A stretch of DNA of 60,817 bases, the filler included, from Dirinaria sp. TL-2023a (taxonomy: Eukaryota), in the NCBI GenBank assembly GCA_051941275.1. It is 3 parts of 3 records of this genome, joined end to end, with 100 filler letters (N's around TTAATTAATTAA, not from the genome) between each part and the next. Parts side by side here need not be neighbours in the genome. Positions count along the whole stretch, not along the records: positions 40,698 to 60,817 come from JAVEBF010000298.1; 2 more parts are not named here. One strand, given 5' to 3'. Numbering within the stretch: position 1 is the first letter of the stretch; each line of letters begins with the position of its first letter. The notes beneath the pieces were generated by a model. That model ran no database searches, was not told the origin of the DNA, and worked only from the letters and a program-made list of their open reading frames with translations. Below, one piece after another: positions 49,196 to 60,817 of the stretch. A program made the translations under genes and the position numbers.

Positions 49196-51774
49196 AGTTA
49201 CGTCAAGCACGAATTGTCCAGGTAAGTAGGAGATCACATTAGCGGATAGCAGCATGAGGAAGTCGTTTGAGAGGCATTAGGGTAGGGCTGCTTAGTAATG
49301 AATTTCTATCAATAGCCCCCCTGACGCCTTGGCTTCCATCCCAAACCCCACCCACACAGATACCACACATACAGTACACCATGCGACATACGAGTCGTCA
49401 TTTTGATCCACGTGCAGGCTCTGTTGATACTTCTATGGAAACAGTCCTCCAAGTGAATGATAGTACCTTACTTATCGCTATTATTGAGTCTGGAACATCC
49501 CCATTGCGACGTTCACATCAAGCTCTTCCCGGCCCAGCGGACACGACCTCCTACCCGCTGACGCGATAGGTTTGACGAGGTTCCAAAACCACCTCTTTAA
49601 GCCTGCTTATGCTGTTTGCCGTGTGCCAGATCTTGCGTTTTCAAATACTACGCTACTACTTGAATACCATGCCAAATTCCCTATTGGCATTGGCTGCGGA
49701 GTCTATCCTCAGGGATTCCAATTGGCGCGACCTCTTGCATGATGTACGCTATCTCCACTCTGACCAGACGGTACGTGGATCAGGTGAGCCCATGGCTGAA
49801 ATCAGGAGTGTGTGAAGATTGAGGGACCTTACACTGCCGATGGATACCACATCCAACGGTTGCGGAAGCCATGGGTGAGTACAGCACTGCATCTGCAGGT
49901 ATCCATTACACGCCACCTCCAAGATCGAAGAGCGGCAATGCGTCCCGTGATTACAGGCCGTCCTTCGATCGACACGGCTGCTCATTGGTTGCCTTCAAGA
50001 GGATTTCGTCCCGAACTGTTGCTCGAAGACGATTAGGGTTTCGGTTGTGTACAGACTCTCTTGGACAGCCTCATTGGGAGCTTATTGCACTGAAGACCAT
50101 GGCTTTTCGATGTGCATGCTTTGTGCGCCCAGCACGACTTGAAACCTGTGGCGCTCACCTGAGCAGGCGTTGGATTAGCCGGCTGTTCGTTGCAAATCCT
50201 CAGCCTCAATCTACTGACTGCCTGCGGCGACGCAAGGAACCAGTTACCAGGTTTCTAATATCGTAGTGACTTTACCGCACTCGGCACGACCCGCAATCGA
50301 GAGGAGTTTCCGATTTCCCACGGCCATCAGTCGGTACCATCATTTGACTAAGGTTTCCAGCATCTAGCTCGGTATGAAGGGACGGCTTGGGGTAAGCAAA
50401 ACGCTATACAGTTGTATACGTGTTTCTAGAACGGGAGGATATCCAGCGCTGCTAAAGAAGAACCATTGGTCATGCTCGGAACTTTTAACAACGCTTGCGA
50501 ATCTTGACTGGAATAATTGCAAATTCGACGAAGACGTAGCTTGATGCGGCCGTCTTGAGGCCAAACAAAGCAGAGGCCTGCGAATAATATTCCGCGCACT
50601 AAGTGCTGGATATCAGCATATTCGTATGAGAACTGTGCCTGAGGGGCGTCAACCTCTCCGTGTCTAGTAATTGCCCAAGATCGCCCAAGCTCCTGTGCAA
50701 CTTGAAACACTCAAATCATGTTTGTGTCACACAAGAGACAGCTTCGTTGCTTTTCCAATGAGATGCCTTGCACGGCCGTGAATGCCATACTGACTATCTA
50801 GGAATGTCCAGATAGAGCACGGCGTCACGAAAATCGATCTCACCAGCGAAGTTGAGCTGTGATAAGTTGCTGCTGATATTGATGCTCAAAGCGGTCTCAA
50901 ATCTGAGGCTGCCCACGATGAGAGGGAGCCAAGTTTGCTCATACGCCACTGCTCGAAACAACAAACATGTCTCGGGCTAGATCTTTTCGGCAGAGCTCAT
51001 ATCATAACCGAATCGACGCTGCCTCAGAAGAAACACTTGGTGACGGGAAGCTGCTCCAGATCAAGCCTAACGATGTTCTGAGACTTCCACATCCTTACTG
51101 TGTCTGTCTGAATCCGATCAATTTGCTTTGCAATTGTATCAATTGCCTGTCATTGAGCTATGCTCACTCATGCTTGCGCCGGCTCGCGGTGAGAAGGCCA
51201 CGAGGCACAGGAAAAGCGATATCCTTTCAAATTGTATCACGTTCCACTGGCCGATCAATGATGCACCTGTCTGCATAGAATGTCCCCGTATCTTCAGAAT
51301 CATGGAGAGATGATTGATCATACACCGTTGGCTCGTGCTTGCAGACTTGGAGCCTGCATCCACCCGCAGCATGAGTCCAGGGTCCTTCAGTGAATCTAAC
51401 GCTCGTGGCATCATGAACATCATTTTCGTATGGAAGTACCGCCAGACACTATAGTCTGGTCCTACGCAATCGATTCTTGACAGATCGCTCCCGACGTGGC
51501 AAGCGTTTCTGGCCCTAATACCAATGATCCGCTTCTGCTGGACCAAGCAAATTACGTCTGCTTTCTCCGCCTGTAGCCTTATTATATCCTAGAGCCTCTC
51601 TTATTTGAACACTTAACCCTCTCCTGTACGGCGCACCTCTACTCAATTCTCTTTCGGCAGCTAAATAGTGGGCTCAGATTACCAATCTTCCCACGGCCCT
51701 TCCATGCTTCGGTCAGTGAAGGGCGTTAGGTTTTGACCGACACTGCCGTGGTCTCTATGCGGATTTCCTAGAGT

Positions 51775-53400
51775 ATGCGCCGCCATTGCTACGGAAGCTC
51801 GGATGCCATTGACCAAATACCTTTCCCAAACCCCTCTCTAGCTTATTCAATGTCCTCTTCATCCAGAGAAAGTGCGCGCAACTGTCCTCTTGATCGCCAA
51901 CGCCGGTCGAGCCCTTCTCAAGACTCTGTATCCGAAAAAGGAGCAAATCATGGCAGAAAGCGTATCGGCGTTGCGGTAATAGGACTCTTTCTTGCACGGG
52001 GGGGTGTTCTAACTACTGACACCTTTCCATAGTGCTCCCGTTGTCGAAGGCGGAAGATCAAGTGCAGCGGCGATCTAGGGACTGGCATGTGCCAAAATTG
52101 CAAGAACGCTGGGACCGAGCATGGGACTTGCGAATTCCTACGAGTATGGACTGTTGACTGGCTGCCGGAACAATAGAGAGCTAATCACCTGGAGCAGGTC
52201 AATTCTACCGTGGCTTCAATGGCCTCTACGTGGTCGTATCCTCACCCTGGACTTGCACATGGGTCTCCAGTGTCCCGTGACAATGGCGGTCTTGCTCAGT
52301 ATTCATCAACCCAAGTACCAGCCTCCTATCCTGGGTCCTCGCTGGCGGCAACTTCATTGCCCGCTTCGATGCATCCCGTGAGCAGCTTCTCGGGTACAGC
52401 GTACCCTTACGGACCTTCTCGACAGTCCTACCCGTCGAGCTACGGCCACAGCTTTTCGGATGACATGTTCCAAGGCTATAGCTTCAATCAGTCAGCTCAA
52501 TTTCAGCATCCCTCCCACGATTCACAACTTCCCTCGCTCGATTACGTGAACCCGGACTTAGCGCGACAATGGACGCCCGTAGCCCCAGGAGCCAGGCAAT
52601 CCAGCCAAAGTTTCAGCATCGAACAGGAGGGCTCGACCAGATACGGTCCACTTGCTTACTCGCATTCAAGCATTGCCGTGCATCCAGATGCCTCTGTGCC
52701 TGCTGACAGGTCAGGGATGTTTCCACGAATGTCTAATCTTGAATCGCATCTGCCGGCTTTAAACCCTCGAAAATCTCGCGCCTTACCTGCGCCGGCCAGT
52801 AGACGAGCATCAATCAGCCACAGCACCAACGCTATGACCGGGGTAACTGATCCAACGGCACCTCTCGGAATGCCACAGAATCTCAACTACAGATCTAGCA
52901 TACCTTGGACTACCGAAGGCCCAGCCGCTGAAAATAATGAAGGCTCTAGTAGCTCTACTTCGAGTACGATGAGTGGTCGGGATCTTGTCGCAAGTAACTT
53001 CTCACCTTCGCCCCAGGTAGCTCCTAAATCGGCGCATTTCGATCCTCAGCCAATTTCGTCAGGCTCTTCTGGACGAGCATCCTATTATACGCCATTGACT
53101 ATGACTACTTTACCACCCAATATGGACACGGAAGCTCTGAGCAAGTTTTCGAAAGGGCATAAGATGGGTTATCATACTGCAGGGACCGGTCACTATGGCT
53201 ACAGCCTCGGAAGTGACGCGAGGAATGACACAAGCCCCATGATTCCGGAGGGAACTCTCGTGAGTGGACAACATTACACAAGCTTGGGTCAGTCAAATCC
53301 ATTGCATGCTTATGAGGAACGAGCCCTTTCAGAGGAGAAAAGCTCGCCGGTTCCTCACAGAACGTCAACTCCAGGCACCAGTACTCGACGAGCGCACTAA
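51775..53400 (+). CDS. Zn(II)2Cys6 transcription factor with low-complexity C-terminus
   Basis: Spliced RKRIGVA/CSRCRRRKIKCSGDLGTGMCQNCKNAGTEHGTCEFLR/VNS.. (introns ~51977-52032 and ~52144-52197) runs into the 396-codon ORF. The exact start ATG is uncertain. Confidence 0.88.
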
Positions 53401-53842
53401 CGGAGGGATCACCCACTGTCCATATACTGTCAGAAGAGGCAGTTGTGCGTAAGTACAGGTCGCCGGGTACTCTCTTGCTCGGTATCTTCAGAGGGCTGTT
53501 GCGGTGGTTTCTGGGTTAATGCTGGGAAAGGGGCCCTGTTCTGCCGCATACGAAGATGTTATAGACGATGTGGAAGCTAGAGAAGAACACCATGTATACT
53601 AGTTTAAATGCCAATATCGCTCAGTCGGTCTGGAACATTTGAGGATTTTGGCAAAAAAATTGAACGGAGGGAAGAGTGGCAGTTTGTGGGGTTTCAATAG
53701 CGACTACAATTTAATCTCATTGCCCATAAGCACCACTGTATGCAGCGAAAATTCATGATGCTCTACAAACAGTTTTGGCGATCCCAGCATGCACGCTCAT
53801 AGCACGCAAGACCCGCCAGCAGTACCACAACCGCTGAGCTCC

Positions 53843-54404
53843 CTATTTCTTCTTGTCCTTCGAGGCGCCCTTTGCCTTGGCAGTACCGCGGACCGTCTTC
53901 GCTCGGTTCTTGCGTTGCTTGCCTATAGAAAGCATTATTGTTCGCGATGTCATCCCTCTCCTATAGGTAATGCAGTAGATATGGTAATACGTACGCTGCT
54001 GCCTGCTCGCCTTTTCCACCTTCGTCGCCTGCCCATACCTCACTAACCGATAGTGCGGCTCGAATTTCTTCATCACCTCGTTGGAGTCGTAGATCAGCGC
54101 GAACCCAGTGCTCTTGCCACCGCCGTATTGGGTCCGGAAGCCAAAGCAGCTGACTTGGTCTTTGTTGGTTTTGTAGAGTTCAGCGAGCTTTTGGCGGAGC
54201 TCGTCCTTCTTGACGTTCGCGCGGTTAGGGTGGAGCACGTCGCTATACGCCAGATATTAGCATTTCTGCTCTCCCCATATGGACTGAGAAGACCGCTGTG
54301 TCTCCGGTGATAGAGACTGACACGACCATCTGCTTTCTTCCCAGCAGAGCATTGCGGATGAATTTGCGTGTGCGCAGAGTCACAGGTTGCTCTCGGTCCG
54401 CCAT
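53843..54404 (-). CDS. RPS24: 40S ribosomal protein S24 (eS24)
   Basis: [72 protein letters not shown]; two introns. Confidence 0.97.
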
Positions 54405-54699
54405 ATTATCAAGCTATAGCGGCACCCCGGCCCAAACGTTTCAAGGAATTGCTGGAATTGTCGAACGCTCAAACAGGAGGGTTTGTGAAGGCTTTCTGAA
54501 TTGCGAGTATGCTTGGTGCCGGCTATGTGTGCTATTATTGTGGGATGGTTGGTATAAGATAAGCGAGGGCGCTAAGCCTAGAAAGGCTCTAGCTGCCATG
54601 ACAATCTTCATTGCTTCAACTCGTTTATTCACAATTTACGTACATGGACTTTACATTAAACTCCTACTGCAGCCTTGCTCGCGATCTTGTAGGAGCAAC

Positions 54700-55993
54700 A
54701 TGTGTTCCATATCGCCGGTGGAGCTTCTCAGAAGACAGTATCTACAGCATGTCGACCCAGACAGCTTACGACTGCCTTCCCTTGATGTATTGAGGCTGCC
54801 AGAAATACAAAAGCAGATCTATGACACGATGTTCTCCCAGTCGGCTCTGAGTTATCCGCTGTCAAGTCGCTATCAGTACCGAGTGCTTAAACGACTGATT
54901 GGTATGATGGAGCAAGCAATCGAGGACCCAGAGGAGGATGTATGACTCTCCTTACTAAGTTTCTTACATCTTGTCGATCTCGTCATTATAATTCTCGTCT
55001 CCTACATACACCTTCTCCTTGACTGATGTCGATGTCTCTCGATGGTCCAGGAGATTTCGGATGATTTGGCCTCATGCTTCGCTCGTCTAGTCACTCAAGC
55101 GCCAGCATCCGAGCTCCAAGCGGCACAGCAAAAGAGCTACGTGACTTACACTGCACAATTGCAGGGTCCTGGTCCTCTAACGATAACTTTGCTTGAAGCA
55201 CGTTCCATTCTGGGGTCTTCAGGGGATACTGGTCTTCGCACTTGGGAAGCGGCGCTCAGATTAGGATCATTTCTCTGTTCGGATGATGGCAGGCACTTGA
55301 TCGATGGGAAAAACATCCTTGAGCTAGGTGCAGGTTCTGGTTTCTTATCTATCTTGTGTGCGAAACTACTCAATGCTCGATCTGTAGTGGCTACAGACGG
55401 AAGCAGAGAAGTAGTAGATCAACTCCAAACCAACCTTGACCTCAATGGACTTTATGAAGACCAGATCGTAGATATTATGATTCTGGAGTGGGGCCATATA
55501 CTCACTGAAGAGGTCTTGCATAATAAGGGTCGCCCTCGGACCTTCGAATTGGTCCTAGGATCTGATATTGTGAGCTTAGTCTCCGTCAGGCTGTTGAAGA
55601 GAACCACGTATCTAACATGAAAGAGAGCAATGCTGATCATCTACAGACGTACGATTCAAGCTCAATTCCAGCTCTGACATTCACCATGCAAGAGCTGTTT
55701 GTCCGCTACCGCCAACTTAAGATTTTGGTATCGGCGACGATGCGAAACAAAGCCACATTTGCAACTTTTTTAAATGCCTGCAGTACGTGGAATGAAAAGC
55801 TTACGAAGAAACGTAGCGTGCTGGACTAACGAATGAAGAGATGCATCGCTTCAATGTCAAAGATCTACACCTACCGCTTTTGGGTGAGTGTAAACAAGAA
55901 GGCTTTTTCCACAGCTCTGAAACCACGATTATCGTGCTCTTGATCACAGCGCCCCATGCCTTCGACGACCCTCTCTCCCCGGACTCTACTTGA
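54700..55993 (+). CDS. Class I SAM-dependent protein-lysine methyltransferase, EFM3/FAM86A (eEF2 KMT)-like
   Basis: N-terminal RYQYRVLKRLI, then QQKSYVTY, TGLRTWEAALRL, ILELGAGSG, VVATDG, LEWG, VLGSDI/TYD and ISATMRN-like motifs; three introns. Confidence 0.9.
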
Positions 55994-58705
55994 TCCTAGT
56001 CCATTAATTTACCAAGCTGAACCTAGTCGGCCACAATATACCGCTAAAGAACCGGATGCTGTGAAGCAAGCTGCCGGCTCACCGTATGCACCGGGGATAC
56101 AAACCGTTGTCTGCACGCTTTGTTGCGTCGTAGCAGCGCTTTGACATATTGCCCATTACTCCATCTGTATAATCGACACTTCCAATACCAACAGCACAGA
56201 ACCCACAGGAATACCAGGCTCTACAACGATGGCGTCTCTGATTGCCGCTCCTGCATCTTGTGACATGTCTAGCACCAGATGCCAGGGTAGGCGATTCGGT
56301 TTCCCTGTCATTGCGAATAGACCTACGCATGTGGTAACTACAATGAAAAGAAACTCCCTGGGATAAATTCAGTCTCGGCCCTATAAATCGGCCCAAATTA
56401 TGACGTCAAATAAGAACTAAAGTCCGGTAACGTGGCTAAAAGACCACCAAAAAAGTAGCAGGAGACAGCGCCGGTATGCTACGTGTACACAGCGTCGAGG
56501 TCATGCCACCTTCAGATGAGCAAGCCAGTCAATAGTCGGCGCACATTGAGGCAGCCAGTGTGGGCGCATTCAGCGCCAGGACAACGCAGCGGAATCTAGG
56601 AGATTCTACAAGGGGTCTTGAAGAAATTTGCAGCCAGCATGTGAGCCCGTAGCATGTCCCGGCGGTTATGCTCCGCTTAGTAGTCCTGCTTGACCGCACA
56701 GTAATCTTACTTGCATGATCGGGGAAAGATGGTAAGGTACGGAGTAGTAGTGATAGTTGTCATATCCTCAAGCCTTTACCTACATCAGAATACGGCGGAT
56801 GCCCATCTTCTGCTGGGCCGTCAATGTTGCACTCAAGGGTGGACCGTCATGGATTTCGCCGCCGAACACCCTTTCAGACAGCTTATTTCGCCAACTGCGA
56901 TTTCAAATTTCGCTTCCGATGGACAGTTCGAGAATGTGCTGACAATGGTGGGAAAGGCAAGTCGCTCGGCAGTCGGTGACGGTTGGCTTGACAAGTCGGC
57001 AACAAGGGAAAAATACAGTGGACACATGGCCATCAGGTAGTGAGACATCGCAATGACGTGAAAGTCGATCGCACCGCCGACGATGGACTTTATGGGTGTT
57101 CATACCTTTACCTCGGCTCGCGCTGGGCGTATCATATACCGCCACGGTTACGCCTTTTGTCTCTGCTGACGGTGATGACGGCATTTCCGGTCGTGTTACG
57201 GTCCAAAGGGGGGAATTCTGGCATGCGCAAACCAGAAAAGAGGTCAGTGACGGCAAGCCTGTTCACAGGTAGCACCTGAGGTCGCAGACTTGTGGTGTGC
57301 GACAGGAGCTATTGGATGTGGTGTATCACTGGGGTGTAGTCACAAGAGGGTTTTATTTTTTTGTGACCCCGCTGACGATCTCCAAGGCCGCGGAATGGTA
57401 TAGACAAAAAGCATTCGGTTACTCGTGGTATTGAGTAATTGGGATAATGCCTGGACATCTCGTTGCGGTGAAGGAACGCTAGGGTATGGTCGATCGGGGC
57501 CTATTCGGGCACTGCCAGCGTCAGGCAGATGAGCAGCAGGTTTTCCAGCCACTATACCTCAAGGCCACTGTCACCAATGTGGTGGAGGGTGTACTGGAGA
57601 GCGCTGGCGCTGGAACATACCCGAGTATTCCCGGCAAGGGAACAAAAGAAAAGATGATGCGACCGGTCGTGATTGGTTGCCATGTCCGAGGACCCTGTCA
57701 TGCCATGGGAGGTTATGGGGAAGGAGTCCCGTGGAAAGAAAGGTACTGCGTACTTTTGGAGTAAGATTGAATAACAAAGAAGGGCGTGATTGGCCTTCCG
57801 GTGCTGCAAGAGTGTACAGTAGAGTACAGTATGTACGAGTAAGATGGCGAGGACGGGCTCAGACGGGGGTAGGAGTAGCTAGTAGTCTCCTAAGGTAGTC
57901 TAGGAGTAGTGGTCCCGAGGTCCGTAAGGTTATTGTTTTGCAGGCTTGCAGCCAAGGAGCCAAGCTTCATGGGCGCTAACGTACCCCAGATTCATCAAAC
58001 CTCCTTCGCCTCCTCACTACTACTACTATACTTTACTTTACCTACCTTAGTCACTACCACTGCCACATCGTGTGACCACCTGTCCATTTGTAGATCCTGC
58101 TCCAAATCTCTTCCATCCCCAGTCGTCGCCCGGCATCACGTCTTTGCCTCGAGGGTCATCCGTGAACCCTTGAGCCTGCAGCGTCTTACGCCCCTTCCCC
58201 ACACTGCGCTACAATCGCGCATATGCGCTCGGCATGACGTTGAAACTGCACCCGGCAGGAGAGCCCCCTTGGGTTCCTTGCTTAGTGATCCCTGACCAGA
58301 TGAAGAACGAGTATGGAAGTTGCATGCACAGCGGCGTCATCGTCAGCCTGTTAATCCTGCCGACTGGATAGATCCGAGCATCTTGTGCTGCGCCGGTCTC
58401 GCCGGTGCAAGGGATTCGCCTTAAGATGCACGGGCTGAGGGGTCGCAGTTGCATCCTGCGCTGTCACGCTGGAATATGGCAAAAACAATGTGTACTCGTC
58501 TCGTGAGGTGCGAGAGAGATCTACAAAAGGACGGTAGGTGTCCTCTCCTTTCGCTCTTTCTCTCTACATCCAAGAAGAACTGGTTCTCTTGCTGTATATC
58601 AGAAACGCTCGCACGTGGCATCTACACTATTGAATAGTGTACGTCTTCCACAATTCTTACTATCTGGAAGCCCCCATAAGCTGCTGGACTGTGCCACTCA
58701 ATAAC

Positions 58706-60025
58706 ATGCTCTACACAACCTGGATCCCAAGGGTTACTGCCTCCCTTGCACTATTGGCCAGTGTACAGGCTGCCCCAGCAATGTATGCATACCTACCTTC
58801 TATACAGTAAAGAAATCTAACCGTGTTCCATAGCCGCCTCAAGAGCAGAGCTCTTTCCTTTGATTATGACAACGACAAAGTTCGGGGTGTAAATCTAGGA
58901 GGCTGGTTCGTCTTGGAACCATGGATCACCCCCTCAATCTTTAGCGATTGGGCCGATAGCCAGACCGTCGTGGATGAATACACGTATACACAGACACTTG
59001 GCAAGGATGAGGCGCAGTCGCGTTTGACGGATCACTGGAACTCCTGGATCACCCAAAGCGACTTCAATGATATTGCGAATGCGGGCTTGAACCATGTTCG
59101 TATCCCCATTGGCTATTGGGCTGTTGCTCCCCTCGACGGGGATCCATACGTTCAGGGCCAGCTGGATGTGCTTGACAACGCTATTGGCTGGGCCAGAAGT
59201 GCTGGTCTCAAGGTCTTGCTGGATCTACACGGCGCTCCTGGATCGCAGAACGGATTCGACAACTCGGGGCGCTATGGTCCCGTTGACTGGCAACAAGGGG
59301 ATACTGTCTCCCAGACAGTCACCGCCATCCAGAACCTCGCTTCACATTACGCTGGAGACACAGACGTTGTGACGGCTATCGAGCTTCTTAACGAACCGCT
59401 AGGATCGTCGCTCGACCTTGATGGAATCAAGGATTTCTATAACAGCGGCTATCAGACGGTCCGAGACAATGCCGGTGACACTGCAGTATGCATTCATGAC
59501 GCGTTCCAGGATTTCCAAAGCTACTGGAATGGCTTCTTCACCGAGAACTCTCCTAACACCAACACCATGCTTGATACGCATCAGTACCAGATCTTCAGTC
59601 CCGATCAAGTTGCCATGTCACCCACCGATCACGTCTCCGCAGCTTGCGCCCTCGGCCCCAAGCTGGCTGGAACGGATAAGTGGACGATCGTCGGCGAATG
59701 GACGGGCGCCCAGACCGATTGCGCTAAATGGCTTAACGGTCTTGGCAAAGGCGCGCGCTACGATGGTACATTGGCTGGTAGCTCAACTGTTGGTAGTTGT
59801 GATGGCAAGTACACCGGTACTGTGGCCGACTTGTCCGATGATGACAAAAGTAATATCCGCCACTTCGTCGAGGCTCAGCTTGATGCATATGAACAGCATA
59901 CGGGATGGATATTCTGGACGTGGGTCACGGAATCGGCTCCGGAATGGCACATGAAAGACCTTTTGTCAAACGGATTGTTCCCTCAGCCATTGACAAGTCG
60001 CGAGTATCCCGGACAGTGTGGTTGA
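58706..60025 (+). CDS. EXG1: Secreted GH5 exo-beta-1,3-glucanase (Exg1-like)
   Basis: Signal-peptide exon MLYTTWIPRVTASLALLASVQAAPA, intron 58783-58833, then VRGVNLGGWFVLEPWITPS, HVRIPIGYW, DLHGAPGSQNGFDNSG, catalytic ELLNEP and VGEW, and GWIFWTW. Confidence 0.96.
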
Positions 60026-60817
60026 ACAGGTACCCGAGGATCTACACTGGTAACACGGTTTCCCAGGCACTCTGACTTCACTATGACTATAAGCCATCAC
60101 CTTTTTTAGCTTGGCTCGGTTTTTCCTCCAAATCAGTTATCAGCTTCAGCGTTAGCATCAGCATCAGTAGCACCAGCACCAGCATGGCCATGGTATGAGG
60201 TTACCACAACCTCAATGACTTTCCCGTGCGGGACCAACCTTCGCTCCGAACCTTACTCGAAAAGGTTAAAATACTTCAACAACAGCGCACGACAACAACT
60301 TTTCCTCGACCTGGTACCTCATATTATTTCTGGATCTAGCGTCGCATCCGAAACATTCGCTCTGCCGGCCAGCTGCACCAAAATTCTATCCATCACCTGA
60401 CATTCGCATAATAACAATCGCTTGAAAACAGATACCCCGCTAATCACTCCAGCATCTGAGATATGGAGGTTTTACTAGCAAGCGTTCGCTCTGCTGGCCA
60501 GTTGCCGTGGTGGGGGTGGTGGTTGTTGCTGTATATAGCTTTAACGACTTTTACGAGCCCTAAATCTTATTATTGGTATACATTATTGTCTATCGCTCAA
60601 ACACCTAGTATGGTAAATATAGTTAGCTAGCAGGGATACTTGTACATAGCTAAAAGTTAGTTGATGTTGTTTCTGGAATCATTGCCAGCTTAAAATTTTG
60701 TCACTGACAAGTCTTTGGTGAAGAACGCGATCTATAGCATCAGTAAAAAATTCGCTATAAGACTGACCTCCAAGTTATCTAAGTACCTTACCTGAAGCCT
60801 TTTCCTGGCTCCTCCCA

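Noticed and set aside
57860..58060. GTAG-rich tract followed by a CTAC-rich tract as an inverted repeat
   Set aside because: Only ~9 bp of exact complementarity within low-complexity sequence; no defined TIR or TSD.
60140..60190. AGCATC/AGCACC hexamer repeats
   Set aside because: Short degenerate microsatellite in the EXG1 3' region with no further structure.

Overview
Eukaryotic DNA from a filamentous ascomycete (Pezizomycotina-type genes with short GT-AG introns and CTRAY branch points). The window is not contiguous. It holds three ~20 kb contigs (1-20266, 20367-40597, 40698-60817) joined by artificial 100-nt linkers (N44-TTAATTAATTAA-N44), so no linkage can be inferred across 20267-20366 or 40598-40697. 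Contig 1 looks accessory. It carries a membrane-protein pseudogene, an atypical Zn-cluster regulator, a NACHT-less HeLo-like/ankyrin gene, a Dcr2-like phosphoesterase, and a tandem array of three very diverged ~110-140 aa four-helix orphan genes. Contig 2 carries two zinc-finger regulators, a CYSTM protein, an MFS transporter, several pseudogenes, a hAT-like MITE and a stand-alone RNase H with a Cys-rich N-terminus. Contig 3 is core genome: DMC1 (15 introns), a CNBP/Byr3-like zinc-knuckle gene, UAP1, a PPIL4/Cyp6 homologue apparently lacking its cyclophilin domain, a Zn2Cys6 factor, RPS24, an EFM3-like methyltransferase and a GH5 exo-beta-1,3-glucanase. I found no tRNA, rRNA or CRISPR array. 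The best candidate for an undescribed system is the four-helix orphan array at 17.2-19.2 kb; its function is inference only. All gene models were spliced by eye and family calls are from recalled motifs, not database searches.
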